Program-made: the position numbers and the translations under genes
Part shown: piece after piece, positions 17,047 to 25,264 of the stretch
How the letters are laid out: each line of letters opens with the position of its first letter
Numbering within the stretch: position 1 is the first letter of the stretch
The notes under the pieces: generated by a model
What the model was told of the DNA's origin: nothing
What the model saw: only the letters and a program-made list of their open reading frames with translations
Databases searched by the model: none
From: Clostridia bacterium
GTDB lineage: Bacteria; Bacillota; Clostridia; Oscillospirales; CAG-272
Direction of reading: 5' to 3'
Length of the DNA: 32,000 nucleotides
Assembly (NCBI GenBank): GCA_017504605.1
Contig: JAFVQW010000053.1
Location: 4,213 to 36,212, forward strand

Positions 17047-17096
17047 TTGACTTTATTATACCATTTTGGTATAATAGCAATATCCCATTTTGGTAT
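17047..17096 (+). promoter_or_regulatory. consensus-like promoter with two operator-like CCATTTTGGTAT repeats
   Basis: TTGACT (17047-17052), N17, TATAAT (17070-17075). The perfect palindrome TACCA-TTT-TGGTA (17059-17071) overlaps the -10. The 12-mer CCATTTTGGTAT recurs at 17061-17072 and 17085-17096. Confidence 0.6.
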
Positions 17097-17111
17097 ATTC
17101 AAGGAGGGCTT

Positions 17112-17579
17112 ATGAAAAAAGAGTTCACGGTAAGGCCAAGTCCTGTAGTAACAATCCTTACGCTATTACTCGCGGCATGCGTAATAGGCTACTGCCTCTG
17201 CTCGTTTTTTGCCTTTGCAGACCTACGCTCGGAGGAGCAAAAGGAAATTGACTACCGCGAAGAATTAATCGGCAATGCGCTTTTTAAGGAAGCTCAAACT
17301 ATTTTAAAAAAACACTTTCCCGGGCCTAAACGCACCACGATATCACGTATATCTTGTATGAGGGTTAGAATATCTGACGACGTTGACAATCTAATACTTG
17401 TAGAAACCAAAGACCCTACTATCTCCTACTGTTATCGCACGGTTTACGGAGATTTTTATACAATAGTCAGTGACACCTCGTACAACTCGTTTAAATTTGG
17501 CGGCTACAAGGTTTATTCAGAATTAATTTTAGAGGGCGAGGACCTCAAGATTCTATTTGAAGAAACGGAGAGAACATAA
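17112..17579 (+). CDS. hypothetical N-terminally membrane-anchored protein (155 aa)
   Basis: AGGAGGG RBS and ATG 17112; the upstream part of ORF 16935.. is promoter sequence. One TM helix (VVTILTLLLAACVIGYCLCSFFAF). TAATG overlap with the next gene. Confidence 0.7.
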   Translation: MKKEFTVRPSPVVTILTLLLAACVIGYCLCSFFAFADLRSEEQKEIDYREELIGNALFKEAQTILKKHFPGPKRTTISRISCMRVRISDDVDNLILVETKDPTISYCYRTVYGDFYTIVSDTSYNSFKFGGYKVYSELILEGEDLKILFEETERT

Positions 17580-18199
17580 TGGCACTGATAATCTGCAAGC
17601 AATGCGGCAAATCCATAAGTGACACTACTTCTCACTGCATTCATTGCGGCGCTCCCACAGCGGAACCGACGGCAGACATTGTCTTGCCCGAAGACCTTGA
17701 GGAAAAAGCGCAAAGCGACCTCTGCGAGGACGAAAGTAAAGAGGATAATGCTGTTGTAGACTTCAGCGACCTCGACGAAGAAGAGAAGGCAGCCTTGCAA
17801 CTCGAATTTTGGAAGGAAGATAAGCGCGCACGAAATTACATACGTAAGGAGCTGAGCCTCTGGCCGTATTTCTTCTTAACAGTGCTCTCTCTTGTCGGAG
17901 GAAGGTGGCTCCCGCGACTACAGAGTTGGGCTTTAAACAATTTTTTTGGTGGAACAGTTTATAAATATGAGTGGCTCGACCTTGCCGAGGTTTTTTTGGA
18001 CGCTATACATATTTTATGGATTGTCAGCGTGGTTTTTACACTCTACAACGCCATCACTCACAGATCACGGTTAAACAGACAGGTCTATCACAAAAGAATG
18101 CAGCTTTGGCTTTTAAAAAACAAGGGTATTCATTTTATGCCTAACTTCATTTCACAAAAGGACAAAGAAGTTTTTGATAAAATTAATTTAGACAGTTAA
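17579..18199 (+). CDS. zinc-ribbon domain membrane protein (206 aa)
   Basis: N-terminal CxxC-N11-CxxC (CKQCGKSISDTTSHCIHCG), an acidic linker, then predicted TM helices. Confidence 0.75.
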   Translation: MALIICKQCGKSISDTTSHCIHCGAPTAEPTADIVLPEDLEEKAQSDLCEDESKEDNAVVDFSDLDEEEKAALQLEFWKEDKRARNYIRKELSLWPYFFLTVLSLVGGRWLPRLQSWALNNFFGGTVYKYEWLDLAEVFLDAIHILWIVSVVFTLYNAITHRSRLNRQVYHKRMQLWLLKNKGIHFMPNFISQKDKEVFDKINLDS

Positions 18200-18217
18200 A
18201 AGGTTAAGGAGGAAAGG

Positions 18218-19219
18218 ATGGCCATTATAAGCTGCCCGGAATGTCAAGGGAAAATTTCAGACACTGTCAACCAATGCGTTCATTGCGGCGCCAAAATTAC
18301 AGTCTGCAAGGAGTGCGGAAAGGCTTACGCCGAGAAGATAAACGTCTGCTCTGAATGCGGATATTCGTTTGTCTCATCCAATGAAGCCGTGCAAGATGAA
18401 AAAATCAGTCTCGAAATAACGAGCGCTTGCAGGCTCACAGAAAATTGGGAAGGCGGAAATCCATTTTTCAAACACATTTTCAAAAAGAAGCTTGTGACGA
18501 GAGTGTTTAGCGTGATAATCGATATTCTCGTTATATCCGCCATATTTAAGATTATTGGTTGGAACTCTTTAGAAGAAACAAAAGCCGTTTTCGACGGTGC
18601 AAAAAATCTTGTTGTATTAGCTATTGTTGTCTGGCTGGTGTCGGAGGCATATAAAACCTTCGCCGATTTTGGAAAAGATATCTTTATTTTTAATTGGTGC
18701 AAGGCGCAAGGCATTAATTTGAATTACACGATTGCAAGCTCAATCAACACGAATTTCAACTCTATGCCCTTAGACGAAGCAAAAAAAGAGCTTGATGCTC
18801 TTAAGTGCTGTGCAGATGCCTCTTTTAACGCCAACGATTATTTAACACGATCCAAGCTAAATATTATGAGAGCTGTTAGAATCGGCTGTATGATTGTTTG
18901 CGGGCTTCTTATTTTTTATTTCTTCTCAACCAATTTGGAAATATATATGAGCGCAGAGCTTTGGGAAAGTGAGGAACTGGGCATATCGGGATTTGAATTT
19001 TCAATGATCAAGGATTGGTGGTGTGCAATTCTCGCAGCGGTGCTTTACATAGGACTTGACACACTGCTCGAAATATCTATGGAAAACGTAGAAGAGAAAG
19101 CGCTAGAGGCTTGGTTTGTAAAAAGCTTTCCCGATTCAGCGGAGCTTTATCAAAAGTATTTGAAGCCCTCGGGGGTTAGAGAATACATAGCATCAAGAAG
19201 CGAAACCACGGTAATGTAA
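18218..19219 (+). CDS. double zinc-ribbon domain membrane protein (333 aa)
   Basis: CPECQGKISDTVNQCVHCG plus CKECGKAYAEKINVCSECG, followed by several hydrophobic helices. AAGGAGG RBS. Confidence 0.75.
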   Translation: MAIISCPECQGKISDTVNQCVHCGAKITVCKECGKAYAEKINVCSECGYSFVSSNEAVQDEKISLEITSACRLTENWEGGNPFFKHIFKKKLVTRVFSVIIDILVISAIFKIIGWNSLEETKAVFDGAKNLVVLAIVVWLVSEAYKTFADFGKDIFIFNWCKAQGINLNYTIASSINTNFNSMPLDEAKKELDALKCCADASFNANDYLTRSKLNIMRAVRIGCMIVCGLLIFYFFSTNLEIYMSAELWESEELGISGFEFSMIKDWWCAILAAVLYIGLDTLLEISMENVEEKALEAWFVKSFPDSAELYQKYLKPSGVREYIASRSETTVM

Positions 19220-19268
19220 TCTCGAGGTCATCTCGTTAAGGAAACACAAATTATTGCACTAATAAAAA

Positions 19269-19302
19269 TCGACAAGCTTTTGTTTAGGCTTGTCGGTTTT
19301 TT
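19269..19302 (+). terminator. intrinsic terminator
   Basis: TCGACAAGC-N10-GCTTGTCGG followed by TTTTTT. Confidence 0.75.
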
Positions 19303-19340
19303 CTTCACGTCACCCTCTTTTAACTTCCTCCCCGCCTCGC

Positions 19341-19369
19341 TTGACAAGCCAATTTGCACATGGTACAAT
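19341..19369 (+). promoter_or_regulatory. sigma-A promoter (extended -10)
   Basis: TTGACA (19341-19346), N17, TGg-TACAAT (-10 at 19364-19369). Confidence 0.6.
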
Positions 19370-19400
19370 ATAACCACAAGAGAATAAAGGAGAACGGCAT

Positions 19401-20534
19401 ATGATATATAAAGAATTCAAAGGGCTGAAGCTTTCCGCGCTCGGAATGGGCTGTATGAGATTTCCCTGTGTCGAGGGTGATAACGCCCGCGTCGATATGG
19501 ACGCCGTGCGAGAGCTCGTCGCGTACGCTAAAGGGAACGGTATCAACTATTTCGACACCGCCTGGGTCTACCACGCGGGCACCTCCGAGTCGGTCATTGG
19601 AGAGGTGCTCTCGGAATACCCGAGAGAGAGCTTTTACCTTGCGACGAAATTCCCCGGCTTTGACAACAGCTATATGGAAAAAAAGGAAGAAATCTTTGAG
19701 ACCCAGCTTCGGCGGTGCAAAACCGATTATTTCGACTTTTACCTCTTCCACAACGTAACCGAGAAAAATATCGATGCCTTTACCGACGAGAGATACGGCG
19801 TATTCGATTACCTTATAAATCAAAAGAAAATGGGCAAAATCAGGCATCTTGGCTTTTCCACTCACGGGAGCCTCGCGACTATAAAGCGATTCCTCGACAC
19901 GTATGGCAGTGAGCTTGAATTTTGTCAGCTTCAGATAAACTGGCTCGACTGGAAGCTCCAGAATGCCAAGGAGAAGGTGGCGCTCGTCGCCTCCTACGGC
20001 CTGCCGGTTTGGGTAATGGAGCCCGTGCGCGGCGGCAGAATAGCAACGCTCGCTCCCGACGAGGAGTCACGCCTTCGCGAATTGCGGAAAAATGCCACCG
20101 TGCCCGAGTGGGCCTTTCGCTTCATACAGAGTATTCCCGAGGTAACGGTAACTCTCTCGGGAATGTCAAGCCTCGAGCAGCTTCGGGAAAACGTCGCAAC
20201 CTTCAGCACCTCACAGCCGCTTAACGAGCGAGAGCTCGAGGTCCTCTTTAAAATATCCGACGAAATAATAGAAAGAAGCGCCGTCCCCTGCACTGCCTGC
20301 CGCTACTGCACCGATGCCTGCCCCTCGGGGCTCGATATTCCGGAGCTGATAAAGCGCTATAACGACAGTGCTCATTTCGGTAAAGCATCTATTCCCGCCT
20401 CGGCGCTCGACGGCATTGACGAGGGAAGGCGCCCCGATGCCTGTCTCGGCTGTACACAGTGCGAGAGCCTCTGCCCGCAGGGGATTAAAATAAGCTCGGT
20501 TATGAGAGATTTCGCAAAAAAGCTAAAACTGTAA
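19401..20534 (+). CDS. aldo/keto reductase fused to a C-terminal 4Fe-4S ferredoxin-type domain
   Basis: AKR N-terminus (GMGCMRF..., INYFDTAWVYHAG, LATKF) and two Cys clusters (CTACRYCTDACP and CLGCTQCESLCP). Confidence 0.9.
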   Translation: MIYKEFKGLKLSALGMGCMRFPCVEGDNARVDMDAVRELVAYAKGNGINYFDTAWVYHAGTSESVIGEVLSEYPRESFYLATKFPGFDNSYMEKKEEIFETQLRRCKTDYFDFYLFHNVTEKNIDAFTDERYGVFDYLINQKKMGKIRHLGFSTHGSLATIKRFLDTYGSELEFCQLQINWLDWKLQNAKEKVALVASYGLPVWVMEPVRGGRIATLAPDEESRLRELRKNATVPEWAFRFIQSIPEVTVTLSGMSSLEQLRENVATFSTSQPLNERELEVLFKISDEIIERSAVPCTACRYCTDACPSGLDIPELIKRYNDSAHFGKASIPASALDGIDEGRRPDACLGCTQCESLCPQGIKISSVMRDFAKKLKL

Positions 20535-20563
20535 TTGACACGCGAGAGGGCGTGTGATATAAT
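20535..20563 (+). promoter_or_regulatory. perfect-consensus sigma-A promoter
   Basis: TTGACA (20535-20540), N17, TATAAT (20558-20563). Confidence 0.65.
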
Positions 20564-20594
20564 AACCGATGTAAAAATGCACTCGGGAGTTCTT

Positions 20595-21419
20595 ATGAAA
20601 AGCTTTAAGATAGTAGCGAGCGACCTTGACGGCACGCTCTTTAACAGTCGGGGCGAGGTAAGCCCCGAAAACCTCGCGGCAATCGAGGCGCTGACACGCC
20701 TCGGCGTACACTTCGTGCCGTCAACGGGACGGACAATGCAGGAGGTTCCCTCCTCAATAAAGGAAAACCCCAACGTGCGTTATTTCATACACTCAAACGG
20801 CGCCGTGGTGTTAGATAAGCTAACGGGTCAGAGGCTCGAGCGCTGCCTCTCGCGCCGTCAGCTCGACGCTATTCTTTCCGCCATATCGAGTGCCGAGGCT
20901 CATATCACCGTGCGCTACTCGGGTAAGACCTATTGCGATGCCGAGCTTAATACCGAGGAAGACTTCGGTTACTATAATATGTGGGGTGCGCACGCCGATA
21001 TTCTCCGTAATATCGCCGTAAAGCAGACGGGCTTTCAGGCCTTCCTCGCCGAGATTGAAAACGCCGAGGTTATCTCGGTGTTCTTTCACGACGACGGTGA
21101 GCTCGAGGAGTGTCGGGAGCGCCTTCTCAAAATACCTTCCGTCAACATAGCGGTTGCCGCCGATCATAACCTCGAGATATTCCACTCTAGCGCGGGAAAG
21201 GGCGCATCGCTTCACGCCCTCGCCGATATGCTCGGGGTTGAGCACGGGGACACTATCGCCGTCGGCGACAGCGGCAACGACCTCACAATTGTCGAGGCCG
21301 CGGGCCTCGGCCTCGCGGTATCGAACTCCTGCCCCGAGCTTCTCGCCGCGGCAGACGAGGTAATCTGCTCGAACGACAATCACGCGATAAAATTTATACT
21401 GGAGCATTATTTTAAATAA
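20595..21419 (+). CDS. HAD-superfamily hydrolase, Cof-type (subfamily IIB)
   Basis: DLDGTLF motif I and GDSGND motif IV. Start moved to ATG 20595 (GGGAG RBS) because the ORF-track start lies inside the promoter. Confidence 0.9.
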   Translation: MKSFKIVASDLDGTLFNSRGEVSPENLAAIEALTRLGVHFVPSTGRTMQEVPSSIKENPNVRYFIHSNGAVVLDKLTGQRLERCLSRRQLDAILSAISSAEAHITVRYSGKTYCDAELNTEEDFGYYNMWGAHADILRNIAVKQTGFQAFLAEIENAEVISVFFHDDGELEECRERLLKIPSVNIAVAADHNLEIFHSSAGKGASLHALADMLGVEHGDTIAVGDSGNDLTIVEAAGLGLAVSNSCPELLAAADEVICSNDNHAIKFILEHYFK

Positions 21420-21423
21420 GCAC

Positions 21424-21456
21424 AAAAAAGCGCGGGGCCCGGGGCCCCGCGCTTTT
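21424..21456. terminator. bidirectional GC-rich terminator
   Basis: AAAAAA-GCGCGGGGCC-cgg-GGCCCCGCGC-TTTT between convergent genes. Confidence 0.8.
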
Positions 21457-21468
21457 GCTAACATTTAT

Positions 21469-22122
21469 TTACAATTTCACAAGCCTGTCATACACCATAG
21501 TATGTCTGTCGTCTATCTCGAGATTTCTGTGTCCGTGGCCGTAGTACCAGTGCTTATATTCGACGTTGTTATCGATATATTCCTCAAGGCGCATAAGCTT
21601 ATGCACGAGAGTGTCATCGTACTCCTCGGGGCGGTGCTTATTGTACTTGTGCGTGAGCACAAAATCAACACGGCCCCCTGCCTCATCGAGCGAGGCGTAC
21701 GCGCGTGCGAGCTCCTCGTCGCTCGGCTCCTCGAAGGGATAGAGAAGTCCCCACTCGCGCCACCTGTCCGAGCTCTTACAGCCGCCCATTATGAAAAGGC
21801 GCTTACCCTCTATCTCGTATATATACCCACGCTGTAGGCAAACGATATGGGGCGAAAGCCTGTACACGGGTGCGCCCCATTTTTCCTCTACGGGGAAGGA
21901 GCGAAGGAAGGGGTGGTTCTCGTGATTGCCGTCGATTATCGCGATATTCTTTTCTATCGCGAGGAACTCCTCGGTAAAGGCGCGGTTCTCGGGCGTGTCG
22001 CGGAAGGACAGCTCGGTGTCGCCGAGAATTATCAGTGTGTCGGCATCGGTCGCCCGCTCCAAATATTCGGTGAAGCCCGAAAGGGTGAGGTCACCGTGTA
22101 AATCACTTGTCAGATATATCAT
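21469..22122 (-). CDS. metallophosphoesterase (calcineurin-like)
   Basis: DLHGD, GD-x, GNHENH and GHGH motifs. The start overlaps the upstream PHP gene by 20 nt. Confidence 0.85.
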   Translation of the reverse strand: MIYLTSDLHGDLTLSGFTEYLERATDADTLIILGDTELSFRDTPENRAFTEEFLAIEKNIAIIDGNHENHPFLRSFPVEEKWGAPVYRLSPHIVCLQRGYIYEIEGKRLFIMGGCKSSDRWREWGLLYPFEEPSDEELARAYASLDEAGGRVDFVLTHKYNKHRPEEYDDTLVHKLMRLEEYIDNNVEYKHWYYGHGHRNLEIDDRHTMVYDRLVKL

Positions 22123-22789
22123 TTTCTTCTCCGATAAATATTAGCTCCCCGTTAAGCAAAAGACGGATATAGTCCTCGACCGTCGTAATTTTCTCCTCGG
22201 TCAGAACGCCGCCGAGTGCCGCATCGTCGGTGCGGTGGGCATCTGAGCCCGCCGTCGTGGGCTTGCCGTAAACCGAGGCCACCGCCCGTGCGAGCTCGTC
22301 GTGGTCGTTGTGGCGCGGATTAGTGTTACATACCTCGAAGGCATCTATTACCCTCGGGGTCGGATAATTCCGTCCGTCGCGGAAGGGATGCGCCTGTACT
22401 ATTGTGAAGCCGTTCTCTCTCGAATAAGCATAGAGCTCCTCGAGCGACATCTCGAAAATATGAGGTGTATTCAGCAGCAGCTCCCTTGTGATACCGTAAA
22501 GAAGGTAGTGGTTAGGACAGCCCGCGAAGTTTATCTCGGCACCGAAAAGAACCGTCACTCCGAGCTCCTCGCCCGCCGCGCGCGCATTTTCGTATCCGCG
22601 GCAGAAGTAGTTAACCTTCTCCTCCCAGCTTGACTCGTCCATACCGGGAAAATTGTTCGCCGCGAGGTGGTCGGTGCAGAATACCGTGGTATATCCCCGC
22701 GCCTTGTAAATTTCTATCATCTCGCGCGCAGAAATCTTCGCACATCTGCTGACCTCGCCGACGTGCATATGCGTTTCGCACTTAAACAT
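22103..22789 (-). CDS. PHP-domain phosphoesterase
   Basis: N-terminal CETHMH, CTDH, QAHP and GSDAH His/Asp motifs typical of PHP (polymerase/histidinol-phosphatase) domains. Confidence 0.82.
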   Translation of the reverse strand: MFKCETHMHVGEVSRCAKISAREMIEIYKARGYTTVFCTDHLAANNFPGMDESSWEEKVNYFCRGYENARAAGEELGVTVLFGAEINFAGCPNHYLLYGITRELLLNTPHIFEMSLEELYAYSRENGFTIVQAHPFRDGRNYPTPRVIDAFEVCNTNPRHNDHDELARAVASVYGKPTTAGSDAHRTDDAALGGVLTEEKITTVEDYIRLLLNGELIFIGEENDISDK

Positions 22790-22799
22790 TTTTACCCCC

Positions 22800-22883
22800 T
22801 TGACAGGATTTTTCTCTGTGATATAATAATTATATCATATCTAAAATGTAATATCAATTGCAATATTAGGCATAAATATTGCA
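22800..22883 (+). promoter_or_regulatory. promoter plus 9-bp inverted repeat in the divergent PHP/AraC intergenic region
   Basis: TTGACA (22800-22805), N16, TGa-TATAAT (-10 at 22822-22827). Inverted repeat TGCAATATT (22859-22867), N7, AATATTGCA (22875-22883). Confidence 0.5.
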
Positions 22884-22907
22884 TTTTCCTACCGCAGGAG
22901 ATAAAAA

Positions 22908-23756
22908 ATGGAAAACGAAACGAGAGTGCATATAGTAAGCCCCACGGGCGCCGTCCGCTATTCCGAGGCGAGGACGGAGGATATGCCGAGGAGCACGGAC
23001 TTCGAGGCGCATATACACACGGGCGAGCTTGAGATTTACCACTTCCCCGAGGGCGACGTTTCCTTCGTCTTCGAGGGCAGAAAAATAATAGTCGAGCCGG
23101 GGCATATAATAGTTGTCGCGGCGGGGGTCTACCACCGCCCGATAATAAACCGCACCTCGACCTATCACCGCCGCCATATCTATCTTTCGAGGCGCGCCTT
23201 CTTCGGCCTCGGCGCGGGGGCGCTCGAGGTCTATCACAGGGCTTGCCGCCGAAAGATTATTGCACTCGCGCCGTCCTCGGCGCGAGCGCTCGGCCTTGAG
23301 CCCGTGTTTGACCGCGTGCGCGAGGCGCTCGCCTCGGGCGGCGAATACGGTGAGAGCGCCGCAATAATACACGCCCTGTCGCTTCTCATATCGGCGGATG
23401 CCTCGGGCGTCAGCGACACCGAGCTGAAGCTCACCCCATACAGCGAGAGAATATGGGAGATGTTAAAATACGTAAATGCCAATATTACCGCGGACCTAAG
23501 GTATACCGAGCTCGCGGAGCGCTTCGGCATATCCGAGAAGAGCCTTTACAAGCTCTTTAAGCGCGAGACGGGCACGACCCCCGCGCGCTATATTCTCGAG
23601 AGAAGGATAAGCACGGCTGAGTCGGTGCTCTCCGCGGGCGGCAGTGCCGCCGAGGCGGCACGCCTCTCGGGCTTCTCGGATTACGCGGTATTCTACCGCG
23701 CCTTCGTCCGCGAGGTCGGAATGACCCCGCGCGAATACGTGCAGAGCGTGAGGTGA
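22908..23756 (+). CDS. AraC-family transcriptional regulator (cupin sensor domain plus HTH)
   Basis: N-terminal cupin-like region and a C-terminal double HTH (LAERFGISEKSLYKLFKRETGTTPARY ... GFSDYAVFYRAFVREVGMTPREY). Confidence 0.9.
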   Translation: MENETRVHIVSPTGAVRYSEARTEDMPRSTDFEAHIHTGELEIYHFPEGDVSFVFEGRKIIVEPGHIIVVAAGVYHRPIINRTSTYHRRHIYLSRRAFFGLGAGALEVYHRACRRKIIALAPSSARALGLEPVFDRVREALASGGEYGESAAIIHALSLLISADASGVSDTELKLTPYSERIWEMLKYVNANITADLRYTELAERFGISEKSLYKLFKRETGTTPARYILERRISTAESVLSAGGSAAEAARLSGFSDYAVFYRAFVREVGMTPREYVQSVR

Positions 23757-23960
23757 ACGCGACTTGTGAGAGCTGCACATAATGCGTGTGATTTCGACGT
23801 TGTTTTTCGTAACGGCGCTTTACTTACACGGAAGGACTAATGTGATAAAATACTGTCGGTACGTGTTTGGCGGGGGAGAATATTCGCCTATCCCTTGGTC
23901 ATAATATGTATCGGGGCGTATAGCCCCTACGGACAGTTCTTTATGAAAATAAAGACTGCG

Positions 23961-23996
23961 GGGAGCCTTATTTATAGGGCTCCCTATTTCTTTTTT
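23961..23996 (+). terminator. intrinsic terminator about 200 nt downstream of the AraC gene
   Basis: GGGAGCC-N10-GGCTCCC followed by TATTTCTTTTTT. Confidence 0.65.
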
Positions 23997-24039
23997 ATCG
24001 GGCGCCGCATTACTTTTTTGGTTTTTTTGTAATACATAC

Positions 24040-24068
24040 TTGACAAAATTTGCTGAATGTGTTAACAT
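24040..24068 (+). promoter_or_regulatory. sigma-A promoter of the Abi gene (extended -10)
   Basis: TTGACA (24040-24045), N17, TGt-TAACAT (-10 at 24063-24068). The leader carries hairpins at 24085-24100 (GUAA loop) and 24107-24130. Confidence 0.6.
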
Positions 24069-24154
24069 ATGAGTACGGAAAGAACCTTGGGTAACCGAGG
24101 TCTGCAGGGGGTTTCATTTATGAAACTCCCTAATTCTTTATTTACGGACGGAAA

Positions 24155-25108
24155 ATGAAAGCCTTTTTTACATACGAGCAGCAGATAGAAAAATTAAAAA
24201 GCAAGGGCCTGATTATAAAGGATGAGGGCGCGGCGCGCAGCTTCTTGGAAAGAGAAGGATACTATAACGTTATCAACGGATATTCACCGTTCTTCAAGTC
24301 GCCGAGCGGTAAATTTTATAACGGCACGAGCTTTGAGGATATTTGCAATCTCTATGCCTTTGACAAGGATTTGAGGGGTATAATGTATAAGTACACCACC
24401 TCTATCGAGACACATATAAAGGCGCTTATAGCGCACGAATTCAGCCGTGCCCACGGTGTTGATGAGAAAAGCTATCTAACCCCTGCATGCTTTTCTCCGG
24501 CCCCTTCAATGCAGCCCGCAATATCGAGGCTTATTACCGAATGTAACACCACGATAGCCGAGGCGTTAAATCACAACTCTAACAAATACCGCGAATACAT
24601 CGACCATAATTTTCGAGCGCACGGTCACGTGCCTATGTGGGTATTGGTGCGGGCCCTTTCCTTTGGAACAACGTCAATATTTTACAAAAATATGATTTCC
24701 GCTCAAAAGACCGCGATTGCAAGCTACTATAAGGTCTCAGCCTCTCAGCTTTCCAACATTCTCGAGGTCGTCGTCTCATTCAGAAACATTATAGCACACG
24801 GCGAGAGAACCTTTTGCGCCCGCCTGCCAAAGACTCGCCTGTCCACTACGCTTGAAATTACAAGAAAGCTCTGTATCGCTAAAAACAGTAAGGGCGAAAA
24901 CAAATTCGGCAAAAACGACTTTTTGTCTCTTCTTATATGCTGTAAATATCTCCTTGAGCAAAGCGAGCTCGACAGCATGATAAATGAGATTTCCGTCAGA
25001 ATAGATGCACTCGGCTCCGCGCTCTCCCCGTCTATGATGGGAAAAATCCGATATGCTATGGGGATACCGAAGAACAACTGGAGGCTCCTGCCGCGACTTG
25101 TGGTATAA
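24155..25108 (+). CDS. Abi_2 (AbiD/AbiF-like) abortive-infection family protein with HEPN R-x4-H motif
   Basis: N-terminus FFTYEQQIEKLKSKGLIIKDEGAARSFLEREGYYNVINGY is typical of the Abi_2 family. RNIIAH (R210-H215, nt 24782-24799) matches the HEPN Rx4-6H signature. Confidence 0.88.
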   Translation: MKAFFTYEQQIEKLKSKGLIIKDEGAARSFLEREGYYNVINGYSPFFKSPSGKFYNGTSFEDICNLYAFDKDLRGIMYKYTTSIETHIKALIAHEFSRAHGVDEKSYLTPACFSPAPSMQPAISRLITECNTTIAEALNHNSNKYREYIDHNFRAHGHVPMWVLVRALSFGTTSIFYKNMISAQKTAIASYYKVSASQLSNILEVVVSFRNIIAHGERTFCARLPKTRLSTTLEITRKLCIAKNSKGENKFGKNDFLSLLICCKYLLEQSELDSMINEISVRIDALGSALSPSMMGKIRYAMGIPKNNWRLLPRLVV

Positions 25109-25116
25109 GAGCAAGC

Positions 25117-25140
25117 AAAAGGCGCGAAAGCGCCTTTTTG
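25117..25140 (+). terminator. intrinsic terminator after the Abi gene
   Basis: AAAA-GGCGC-gaaa-GCGCC-TTTTT. Confidence 0.75.
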
Positions 25141-25264
25141 TATATATTAATTTACAATTTCAGCGCCCACACATAAAAATTTACACTTTTTTAGTCTTTA
25201 GTGTTTGCTTTTTTACTTTTGCCGTGTATAATTAAAGAAAAACCGTAAGAGGAGGATAAAAAAT

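Noticed and set aside
16935-17111. Upstream extension of the 155-aa membrane protein (ORF-track start at 16935)
   Set aside because: It would overlap the XRE gene on the opposite strand and read through the TTGACT-N17-TATAAT promoter. AGGAGGG plus ATG 17112 is a much better start. The same logic applies to the 20535 and 26540 ORF-track starts.
20820-21464. 214-aa minus-strand ORF opposite the HAD hydrolase. The same reasoning applies to 19320..19865 and 9845..10453.
   Set aside because: Antisense shadows of well-supported genes. One of them also runs through a terminator hairpin.
23943-24032. 29-codon ORF (MKIKTAGSLIYRAPYFFFIGRRITFLVFL) upstream of the Abi gene
   Set aside because: It has no Shine-Dalgarno sequence and is made largely of a terminator hairpin and its U tract.
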